From positions 1 to 43,181 of the IMG/VR virus record IMGVR_UViG_3300010222_000170: DNA of 43,181 nt; one strand, given 5' to 3'. The notes below the pieces were generated by a model that saw only the letters and a list, made by a program, of their open reading frames with translations, made no database searches and was not told the origin of the DNA. Position 1 is the first letter of the stretch; each line of letters opens with the position of its first letter. This document shows, in pieces, positions 35,718 to 43,124 of this stretch. A program made the position numbers and the translations under genes. This stretch comes from a virus (lineage: Duplodnaviria > Caudoviricetes).

Positions 35718-35993
35718 TCAGTCCGTTTCTTGCGCTCTGCGGAGAAGTTTCTGCAGCCACACTGCGACCGGGCCGACGAACAGCGACAGTTGCGCGAGCA
35801 GGTCCTCGCGGCCCGTCGCCTCGCCCGTCACGAGGAGGAGGACGCTCACGGCGAACGCGGCGAGGACGGTCGCGGCGGCCTTCGTGGGTCGGAAGGGCTC
35901 GTCGGTGCCGCGACGTTTGGCTGCATAGTACGCAAGCGATGCGACGAGCGCCGATGCGAGCACGGTGCCCGTTTGCGCGAGTGGTTCGTTCAT
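35718..35993 (-). CDS. Membrane protein (about 3 TM)
   Basis: Three hydrophobic segments; ATGA overlap. Confidence 0.7.
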   Translation of the reverse strand: MNEPLAQTGTVLASALVASLAYYAAKRRGTDEPFRPTKAAATVLAAFAVSVLLLVTGEATGREDLLAQLSLFVGPVAVWLQKLLRRAQETD

Positions 35994-36409
35994 GATGGGT
36001 TGTCAGTGATTTCGTCGGCGATATACTGAACGTAGAGGAACCAGACCACCGCCGGGACCAAGCCGAGCGCCGACATCCCGACGACATCGAGCGCGGTCTC
36101 GACGCGCGTGAGCGCGAGGATCGGCGGCGCAACGACGAACAAGAGGCCTGCGCCATAGAGGAAGTACAGCACCATCGTCGCGATGTCCCGAAGGCTCAAC
36201 TCTTGCGGCGTAATGTACGCGAGATAAAGCCCCGAGAGCGTCGACAGCACGCCGATGTGGATCGCGACATCGGTGAGGCTGAGCGTCCCGGCCGCGTATC
36301 CGGCCACCGTGATCGCGGTCCCGCCGACTTGCCAGCTCACGGGCAGCCAGCGCTGTACTGCCGGAGTGAGGATTGACTTCGGCGTTGGGGTGTCCTTGGT
36401 CATTGGCAT
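35990..36409 (-). CDS. Membrane protein (about 4 TM)
   Basis: Four hydrophobic segments. Confidence 0.7.
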   Translation of the reverse strand: MPMTKDTPTPKSILTPAVQRWLPVSWQVGGTAITVAGYAAGTLSLTDVAIHIGVLSTLSGLYLAYITPQELSLRDIATMVLYFLYGAGLLFVVAPPILALTRVETALDVVGMSALGLVPAVVWFLYVQYIADEITDNPS

Positions 36410-36416
36410 AGTTTAC

Positions 36417-36647
36417 TCACTTGAGGAACTCCGCGATCGCCTCCGCGATCACGCGGATCGCCTTCGGACCGCCGAACAGGATGACGCCCACTGAAAAGAC
36501 GATCCGGAGGGTGGAGTCGTTGATCTCGCCGAGGCCGAAGGACTGGGCGGCAACGAGGGCGAGTCCGACGGCGATCGCGAGCGCCGCGACCCACTCCATG
36601 AGCTCTCGCGTCGGCGGGTCGCTGGAGGATTGGTCTTTTGCGGCCAT
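36417..36647 (-). CDS. Membrane protein (2 TM, holin-like candidate)
   Basis: Two hydrophobic segments in 76 aa. Confidence 0.7.
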   Translation of the reverse strand: MAAKDQSSSDPPTRELMEWVAALAIAVGLALVAAQSFGLGEINDSTLRIVFSVGVILFGGPKAIRVIAEAIAEFLK

Positions 36648-36682
36648 TCATGGGGTTGAGTTGCTCATATGTCAGTCCAAAG

Positions 36683-36884
36683 TGGAGGCGGGCCGGGGGC
36701 GAGTTCGAGGGGATGGAACCCTCGCCGGTGGATGACGTTGCGTTGCCGAGGCGCGGCCCGAGCCCGGCCCGCGTGGCCGCGGGTTGGCAGCCGTCGACAG
36801 CGACATGGTGGGGAGCGTCTGTCGCTGCTCGTTGCGTGGCATCACTCCCATCGGACCGCCGCGCCGAGGGAAGCGGCGCGCGGT
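36683..36884 (-). ncRNA. Candidate structured intergenic RNA (hairpin, pseudoknot, degenerate tRNA-like domain)
   Basis: Multiple stems, T-arm-like GAGGG-TTCCATC-CCCTC, 10-bp closing stem followed by CTCCA. Confidence 0.4.
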
Positions 36885-36896
36885 CGTCACCTGGGG

Positions 36897-37124
36897 TTAC
36901 GAACGCACCCGACCCGGCGAGACGGTGAGTTGGCCGTTCGGCGTCTCGACGTGGAGTGCGACCGTCGTGCGGGCGTCCTCGCGGTTGAGTGTGACGCCAC
37001 GGAGCGGGGCCTTGACGATGCGACCGCCGACGAGGACCGTCAAGGTCTCGCCTATGCGGCGCTGGTATTCGCGGTACTCGCGGGTCGGGTGGGCGCGCGA
37101 CGGCGAGGCGGCGTCGGTGCTCAT
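36897..37124 (-). CDS. Hypothetical protein
   Basis: MSTDAAS..., ATGA overlap. Confidence 0.55.
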   Translation of the reverse strand: MSTDAASPSRAHPTREYREYQRRIGETLTVLVGGRIVKAPLRGVTLNREDARTTVALHVETPNGQLTVSPGRVRS

Positions 37125-37831
37125 TCGCCTGCCTCGTGGATGCCGACCGCGAGCGCGTTCCGGAACATCCACTGGTCGCGGCCTTGAAGGTTCGATGCAG
37201 ATTTCGCCTTGCGGATGAAATCAAACAGCGCATCGCGGTCGAACGGCTCGTCGTGCTTGTCCTCGATCGCAAGGGCGTGGAGCGCATCGGCCAACCGCTG
37301 GGTCCGGGCGATCGTCTCGTCCTTTGAGAGGTCTTTGACGAGATAGTCGATCGTCGCGTGGTGGGCGACGCCACACTCACAGACCTTCGTCGATTTTTCG
37401 CCGATGGGTTCGGCCGACCAGTCGCCGTTGACCGGATCGTCGAGCTCGAAGTGCTCACCCATACCCCAGTCGTACCCCGGCCGGGGGTGCTCGCGGCCGG
37501 TGCGGCCGCCGACGCAGACGTCCGAGTGGTGATGGCCGAACTCCGGGGTCGTCGGCGAGACCCGATCTTTTACCGACTGAGCGCCGGTATCGGGCTTCGG
37601 TGGGTCGACGTCCTTCAGTTTGCGAAAGCACGACGAACAGTAGCGATGGTCGCGCCGGAGGGTTTTGAGAATCGACGTTGCGGCATCGCGGGCCGAGCAC
37701 TGCCAGCGACAATACTCTCGTGAGAAACCGATTCGGAGCGGATAATGACCGTCGCAGAACTCACACTGACAGATCTCGTATTCGTTGTCGTCGTCAATGA
37801 CCGGCGCGTGAGGGGTTTGGGCCAAGCTCAT
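37121..37831 (-). CDS. Multi-zinc-finger hypothetical protein
   Basis: CEFC...YCRWQC, YCSSC, CECG..H; start MSLAQTP. Confidence 0.7.
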   Translation of the reverse strand: MSLAQTPHAPVIDDDNEYEICQCEFCDGHYPLRIGFSREYCRWQCSARDAATSILKTLRRDHRYCSSCFRKLKDVDPPKPDTGAQSVKDRVSPTTPEFGHHHSDVCVGGRTGREHPRPGYDWGMGEHFELDDPVNGDWSAEPIGEKSTKVCECGVAHHATIDYLVKDLSKDETIARTQRLADALHALAIEDKHDEPFDRDALFDFIRKAKSASNLQGRDQWMFRNALAVGIHEAGE

Positions 37832-38012
37832 GACTAATGGTTGATGGGTTGCGAAGGAGAGACGGTACGGCGTGGGCGGCTCGCGCCGCACGGGCCGGCC
37901 ACCACACGACGTCATCCCGGCAAGTCGATCGGGTGATGGGCTGCCGGCCTCGTGGTTCGGATGGTTACTCTAACCGAGAGCGGATGGTCGTATTAACATG
38001 TCGGAACCCGTA

Positions 38013-38315
38013 TCACAGTACGGATTTCGAACCGACGGCGTCCGGGTCGATGTAGAACTGTCGGTAGTGGTCCGTTGCCGGCGTGTTGGTCTCGGCCAGC
38101 AACCCTTTCTTGCGCAGCTTCGAAAGGGCCTGTTCGACGGTCCCCCGCTTGTAGCCCGTCGCATCGGCGATTTGGGAGTGCGTGAGCGGGCCAGAAACCC
38201 GCAACACCGAGTAAACGTACCCCGTCGAGTGAGGCGGTAAGTCAAGCGTCACGAGCTCGTCGTAGAGCGGGACCGCGCGGCCGCGGTCGCGGGGGTCGTC
38301 AGAGTCAGTCGGCAC
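38013..38315 (-). CDS. Winged HTH transcription regulator
   Basis: GPLTHSQIADATGYKRGTVEQALSKLRKKGLL; probable GTG start. Confidence 0.8.
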   Translation of the reverse strand: MPTDSDDPRDRGRAVPLYDELVTLDLPPHSTGYVYSVLRVSGPLTHSQIADATGYKRGTVEQALSKLRKKGLLAETNTPATDHYRQFYIDPDAVGSKSVL

Positions 38316-38922
38316 CGGTATCCCCCCGCGAACCCAACCCCCATGCATAAAAGGCTGCGTCGCACTCGCACGGGATCCCACAGTCCGGGCACGAACTCGG
38401 TTCGTCGAAGTGCTCGCTGTAGTAGTTCGGTACCGTCTTCAGCCGGTCGAAGTCGAAGTGCTCGAACAGCGCCGAACTACCGTACCGTCCCTCTCGAACC
38501 CACGAGACGCCGAGCACCGCGTTCGCACCCTGCCGGAGCGCCCACTCGAACCGGGCCTCGAAGATACGCTTACCCAACCCGCGGCCTTGGTAGTTGGACG
38601 TGACACAACCGATGTGCATGACAGCACAGTCGTTCGGCAGGTCCCGCTCTATCAGACTTCGGAAGTACCCACCGACCCACTCTCGGGAGCCAATACCGGA
38701 GAGGCCAAACCCGACCACCTCACCGGCGGCGAGGTCCTCAACGGCCACGCCCCAGACGTCTTGACGGTCGGTGTCCGTTGCGTCTTCGATCCACTCCACC
38801 GCGGCGTCGTCCGCTTCGAGGCCGAACTCGCGGTCCCAAATCCGGAGTGCCGCCCGTGTGTCGTCCGCCTCTATATCGCGGAGGATGGGTTTTGCGGTGG
38901 TGTTGAAAGCTTTACTCATCAT
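38305..38922 (-). CDS. GNAT-family acetyltransferase with C-terminal Cys cluster
   Basis: CVTSNYQGRGLGKRI acetyl-CoA motif; CPDCG..CEC. Confidence 0.85.
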   Translation of the reverse strand: MMSKAFNTTAKPILRDIEADDTRAALRIWDREFGLEADDAAVEWIEDATDTDRQDVWGVAVEDLAAGEVVGFGLSGIGSREWVGGYFRSLIERDLPNDCAVMHIGCVTSNYQGRGLGKRIFEARFEWALRQGANAVLGVSWVREGRYGSSALFEHFDFDRLKTVPNYYSEHFDEPSSCPDCGIPCECDAAFYAWGLGSRGDTGAD

Positions 38923-39679
38923 CGTCCACCTCGCAATCTTGACACAGAACCATCTGCGCGTCGTCGTGTTTGGCGATGAGCGCGCGCAACTCCTCGGGCG
39001 GCATCTCCGAGTGACCCCAAAAGCAGTGGCCGCTATCGGTGCCGATCTCGTCTTGGACCTCCCGCTCCACCTCCATCAACCATTCGTAGTGTTCGGGATA
39101 GTGTGCTTGGAGTTCGACTAACTCCTCGTCCCGGTTCGCGAACGCGCCGCAGTAGCACTCCCCCGACCGATGGATGTTCTCGACGACCGGGTTGTGCGGG
39201 AGTTCGTGGTCGTCGATATAGTCGAGACAGTCCTGTTTTGACCACTCGGCGATCGGCGCGTGCCAGAACCACCGGCCGGTCGCGTCCTCGGTCGTCTCGG
39301 CGTCGGCCGTGCGCATCCGGCGCTCGCTCTCCGATTTGCGAACGCCGGTGTAGTAGTGGGGGGTATCGTCACAGTCGGCAGCCACGCGCTGTAACGAATG
39401 CGCTTTGAAGTACCGATAGGCCCACCCGTGCGCCGCTGATCCGGGAAAGCCCCATTCAAGCGCGAACTCTTTGAGCGACTTGTTCGGCGTCTCGACGCGG
39501 AGCGGCCAGTTGTGACGGTCGCACACGTCCCGGACAAACTGCTCGTTCTCGGGGATGCCCGTGCCGGTATTGAGATGGAGGACGGTATCAGTGCGGCCGC
39601 GCTCCATGCAGAGATGGGTCGAAACGAGCGAATCGTGACCGCCGCTGAAGAGAGCGAAATGGTCGGCGGCGTCGCTCAT
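38912..39679 (-). CDS. PAPS-reductase-family (PP-loop) protein
   Basis: FSGGHDS PP-loop, TGVRKSESERR, PIAEWS, SGECYCG. Confidence 0.85.
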   Translation of the reverse strand: MSDAADHFALFSGGHDSLVSTHLCMERGRTDTVLHLNTGTGIPENEQFVRDVCDRHNWPLRVETPNKSLKEFALEWGFPGSAAHGWAYRYFKAHSLQRVAADCDDTPHYYTGVRKSESERRMRTADAETTEDATGRWFWHAPIAEWSKQDCLDYIDDHELPHNPVVENIHRSGECYCGAFANRDEELVELQAHYPEHYEWLMEVEREVQDEIGTDSGHCFWGHSEMPPEELRALIAKHDDAQMVLCQDCEVDDDE

Positions 39680-39858
39680 GCAAAGTCCTCCAACGTGGTC
39701 GTCGAGTGCCGCTCGAAGAGCTCGCGGACCTCATCGTAGTCCCGCGGCCGACGGCCCACCATGTCCGCGAACTCGTTTTTGTGCTTGCGGGCGTGGGCCG
39801 GCCCGGAGAGCGAGTTCGGGTCAAGTTCTTGGCCGCAGATTGAACAAGTCTTAGGCAT
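39676..39858 (-). CDS. Small C2H2-like zinc protein
   Basis: CSICG...HARKH; ends TLEDFA. Confidence 0.65.
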   Translation of the reverse strand: MPKTCSICGQELDPNSLSGPAHARKHKNEFADMVGRRPRDYDEVRELFERHSTTTLEDFA

Positions 39859-40240
39859 GCCTGGCTACCCCCATCGCCGCCTTTCGCTCATGCTCCAGCG
39901 TCTTGATCGGCTCTCCACACTCGCAAATACGGTACTGGTCGACCGATTCGATTCGCGCGGTCACAGTCTCGAATTTCTCCCACCCGACGCGTCCTTCGTC
40001 GCCGGTTCGCGGCTGCCAAAGCTGAAGGTCCGAGTGTGGCCCCGGCGCTGTCAAAAGCCAGTTCTGGTTGCGTTCTTCGTCGTGGAGCAGTAGCTTCGGG
40101 CCGAAGTATGGCTGTGTCCGTCGGACTACGTTCACGTCACCAAGACCGTGGATATGGATCGTGTCGTGGCGCTCGCCACGAAGCATAACCGTCTTTGACT
40201 GACAGTCGGTCCCTGCCGAGGAGTTGTCACCGTCGCTCAT
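39851..40240 (-). CDS. Hypothetical protein
   Basis: 129-aa ORF coupled to both neighbours. Confidence 0.6.
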   Translation of the reverse strand: MSDGDNSSAGTDCQSKTVMLRGERHDTIHIHGLGDVNVVRRTQPYFGPKLLLHDEERNQNWLLTAPGPHSDLQLWQPRTGDEGRVGWEKFETVTARIESVDQYRICECGEPIKTLEHERKAAMGVARHA

Positions 40241-40449
40241 CCGTCGGCCTCCAGCTCGTCAAGTCCTCCTTCGACGGCCTCAAGTCGCTGCTCTAGCTCG
40301 TCAAGTCCTGCTTCGACGGCCTCAAGTCGCTGCTCCGTCTCGACGAGTCGGGTCGCGTCCGCACAGCCGGGACAGTCCGGCAGGTCGTCGTCGCGGCGCG
40401 GGCCGTGCTCGTCGCAAGTGCGGTTTCGGGGGGTGGAGTGGTCGGTCAT
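40237..40449 (-). CDS. Zinc-binding plus coiled-coil microprotein
   Basis: CDEH...CPGC then duplicated 14-aa coil. Confidence 0.65.
   Translation of the reverse strand: MTDHSTPRNRTCDEHGPRRDDDLPDCPGCADATRLVETEQRLEAVEAGLDELEQRLEAVEGGLDELEADG
40253..40336. repeat. 42-bp tandem duplication
   Basis: Two near-identical units at 40253-40294 and 40295-40336. Confidence 0.9.
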
Positions 40450-40706
40450 GAGTCACTGAAGAAGTCGTCAAGGTCGCGTGGTTGCTGTCCGACTCGTTCG
40501 TCTGCCCACTGCCAGAAGCAGTCCGGACAATCGAACACGCCCCGAACGGTGGTGGTCCGGCGGGCGTTCGCACTGCACAGACGACAGAACCCGATCGCCG
40601 TGGGGGCGGACTTGATCAATCCGAGCGGTCCCCGCGGCCACTCTCGCCGCCAGTCGGACGGCCGTTTTGTGTAGGGGTCGCGGTACGAATCGATTGAATT
40701 AGCCAT
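40446..40706 (-). CDS. Zinc-ribbon protein
   Basis: CRLC...CPDC; start MANSIDS; ends DLDDFFSDS. Confidence 0.65.
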   Translation of the reverse strand: MANSIDSYRDPYTKRPSDWRREWPRGPLGLIKSAPTAIGFCRLCSANARRTTTVRGVFDCPDCFWQWADERVGQQPRDLDDFFSDS

Positions 40707-41181
40707 CGTCCAACACCTCCCGCGGATTGACGACCGCCGGACCGTCGCCCACCCATTCGGCGTACGCGTACCACTCGTCACTGTACTGATAGGCGTAAAA
40801 CTCCCCGCACGATTCGCAGACGAGCGCGCCGTCCGGGTCGCCGACCACGTCCACCGCCGCGCCACAGACCGGGCACTCGCCGCACAGCATCCCCGGCTTG
40901 CCGGCGCTTCGGAGGAACACGTCATCGTCGACGATCCGATCGTGCAGCGCGTCGGCGTCGAACGGCCGCGTCGTCCCGCAGATGTCACACTCCCAGCCGT
41001 CATCAACCCGCATTCGTGCGGCGCACGTCGGACACGGGACTTCGACGGCGTGGGGGAGTCGGGCGTTCTCGAACCGCGGCGGATCGTAGGTCTTGATTTC
41101 GCCGCTGCCCTTACACCGCGGGCACTCGGCAACGCCGAAGCCGGGGGCGTCCGTTATCGGTGTGTTGTCGGCGGGGGTCAT
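40699..41181 (-). CDS. Multi-zinc-ribbon protein
   Basis: Several CxxC pairs. Confidence 0.7.
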   Translation of the reverse strand: MTPADNTPITDAPGFGVAECPRCKGSGEIKTYDPPRFENARLPHAVEVPCPTCAARMRVDDGWECDICGTTRPFDADALHDRIVDDDVFLRSAGKPGMLCGECPVCGAAVDVVGDPDGALVCESCGEFYAYQYSDEWYAYAEWVGDGPAVVNPREVLDDG

Positions 41182-41855
41182 GCCGACCTCCCGAGCGTCA
41201 CCTGTTCGGGCGGCGGGTTCGCGTGCGCCTCCTCGACGGCTTCAAGGATCGCCTCGCTCAGTTCCCGCGGGACCTTCGCGCGTTCGGCGGGGTCGCGGGT
41301 GTACGACTCCAAACCGCTCAGGTTGCCATCGCCACCGTTCGCTCGGTCGGTGTTGTACTCGTGACAAGCCGCACCGTACGAACACGACCGATAGGAGAAT
41401 CCGGGTGGGTGCTCGCCCCACAGATCGGTCGGTTTCATGTAATTCTCCCCGTACTGACAGTACGTGAGCCGGCCGGTGGGCTCGCCGATCACCTGCCGGA
41501 GGTACCCCTGCGGGTTCTCCAGAAACCAGTACTCCGGCGCGAGCGCTTTGATAAGGCCGATGGTATGGTAGACGAGCGCGACCGCCTCGCGTGCGGCGGG
41601 CGTTTGCGGTTCGCCGTCGATGACGCGTTCAAAGCGGCTTGCGGCGATCGTAAACTCGGTGCACGGCGGACTCGCCAGCACCATGTCGGCCTCGGGGAGG
41701 TCGGCGGGTCGCAGGTCCAACACGTCGGCCTGGATGTCCGGCTCGAAGCGCTCGTCGATGTCGACGGTCACGACCTCCCAGCCGTCGGCCTCGGCGAACG
41801 CGGCGCTGAAGCCTCCGAGGCCGGCGAAGAGGTCAATAACTGTCCGTTCACTCAT
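41178..41855 (-). CDS. Short DNA (cytosine-5) methyltransferase
   Basis: DLFAGLGG motif I, ASPPC motif IV, ENP motif VI. Confidence 0.9.
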   Translation of the reverse strand: MSERTVIDLFAGLGGFSAAFAEADGWEVVTVDIDERFEPDIQADVLDLRPADLPEADMVLASPPCTEFTIAASRFERVIDGEPQTPAAREAVALVYHTIGLIKALAPEYWFLENPQGYLRQVIGEPTGRLTYCQYGENYMKPTDLWGEHPPGFSYRSCSYGAACHEYNTDRANGGDGNLSGLESYTRDPAERAKVPRELSEAILEAVEEAHANPPPEQVTLGRSA

Positions 41856-42052
41856 CCCTGACCTCCGTCCGCAAGCCACTCGTCTAAATGGATTATCGCG
41901 TCGCCGCCGGTACCGTGGCCATTCGCCTCAACCACGCACAGTTTGACGAGTTTGGACTCGCCTTCCAGTTCGCCCATGATGGTGCCTGCGTCGGTGAACT
42001 CCTCGTCGCAGACCGGGCAGATGCCGCCGTGGACGAGTTCGTCGTCGGTCAT
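41852..42052 (-). CDS. Small zinc-binding protein
   Basis: MTDDELVHGGICPVC...; ATGA overlaps. Confidence 0.6.
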   Translation of the reverse strand: MTDDELVHGGICPVCDEEFTDAGTIMGELEGESKLVKLCVVEANGHGTGGDAIIHLDEWLADGGQG

Positions 42053-42201
42053 CGGTTGCCTCCATCGGTCGCCGCGTCGGCCTCGGCCAGCCCGTCGACG
42101 CACGGCAAGCACGCCTCCGCGAACTCGGGATGGTCGACGCGCGTGACGCGTGTGTCTCGCCCGCAGCGGGAGCAAATACCATCGTACCAGCTGTCAGTCA
42201 T
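42049..42201 (-). CDS. Zinc-finger microprotein (50 aa, not in ORF track)
   Basis: MTDSWYDGICSRCGRDTRVTRVDHPEFAEACLPCVDGLAEADAATDGGNR. Confidence 0.6.
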   Translation of the reverse strand: MTDSWYDGICSRCGRDTRVTRVDHPEFAEACLPCVDGLAEADAATDGGNR

Positions 42202-42260
42202 CTATACCCCCTGCGCGCTCTCAATGACGCGCTCGGACTGGCGGGCGGCCTCTTTCCAAT

Positions 42261-43046
42261 TCATTTTTCTTCACCATCCGCGAGAGGCTTGACAAGATGG
42301 CGTTCAGTGAATTGTCTCGTGTAGGATTCTACAGTTTGATGGCAAACTGAGCAGAGTAGCATTAACAGTTCGTCTGCGTTGACCCCACCCGCAAGTACGG
42401 GTATGATGTGATGGACATTTTTTCGGGTTGTGATGGCTTTACCGCAGAGCTCGCACTTGCCGTCGTTATCCTCTAAGAAACCTCGGCGTGTCGTTCCCCA
42501 CGGGTGAGGGAGTTGGTGCGTGACCGACCGATGGATTGTTACCCCGCCTGTCCACTGTGGGTGGTTGGGGCCACGGCGATTCTTAGACCGCCATTCGTGC
42601 TGGCAACTCGCTTGGCAGAATGTCGATGACCCCACCTCCGACTCTGGTCGTTCATAGCTATCACCACAGTTTTTACAGGTTAGTTCGACGCGGTTCGTCG
42701 GCTGATCTTGGCCGCGGTGCGCGCACTCAAGTCCACAGAATCGGCGATAGCCGCGGCTAGACCTTACTTCAAACGAGTCGCCGCAATATTCGCAAACCAG
42801 TTCCACGCGATCGCGATTGGCAATCCCCTGACATTCGCGAGAACAGAAATCGTTGGGGTCGTTAACCTCAAAAGACGTGAAAGTGTCCCCGCACTGCTCG
42901 CAGTTCACCTCAACGCCAGCAATGCTTTCGCCATGCGCCATCGCATGGTGTTGTTTCATCGCCGACGTGCAATCGAACTTGTCGACACCGCACGTCGGGC
43001 ACGCTACACCGTCAACGCTAAAGTCGCTAAGCTCTTTTTGTCGCAT
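42261..43046 (-). CDS. HNH endonuclease with C2H2 and CxxC...FCxxxC repeats
   Basis: CELCG...VHHIIPVLAGGVN...LLCSVCHQ; probable start MRQKELSDF. Confidence 0.85.
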   Translation of the reverse strand: MRQKELSDFSVDGVACPTCGVDKFDCTSAMKQHHAMAHGESIAGVEVNCEQCGDTFTSFEVNDPNDFCSRECQGIANRDRVELVCEYCGDSFEVRSSRGYRRFCGLECAHRGQDQPTNRVELTCKNCGDSYERPESEVGSSTFCQASCQHEWRSKNRRGPNHPQWTGGVTIHRSVTHQLPHPWGTTRRGFLEDNDGKCELCGKAITTRKNVHHIIPVLAGGVNADELLMLLCSVCHQTVESYTRQFTERHLVKPLADGEEK

Positions 43047-43124
43047 GCTTCTGGCACTCCCGGAAGCGCTGGGTTCGGTGTCCAACCACCGGACCCCTCT
43101 ACAGTTTTCAAGAGGTCGCGCTTC
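43047..43124 (-). ncRNA. Structured 5' leader, copy 3
   Basis: GAAGCGC/GCGCTTC encloses CCTCT-TGAAAACTGT-AGAGG and GGTCCGGTG-GTTGGA-CACCGAACC; GCTTCCGG-GAGTG-CCAGAAGC ends at ATG 43046. Confidence 0.6.

Noticed and set aside
38912-39679. Dnd phosphorothioation system
   Set aside because: Only a short PAPS-reductase-family gene; no cysteine desulfurase, DndD ATPase or DndE seen
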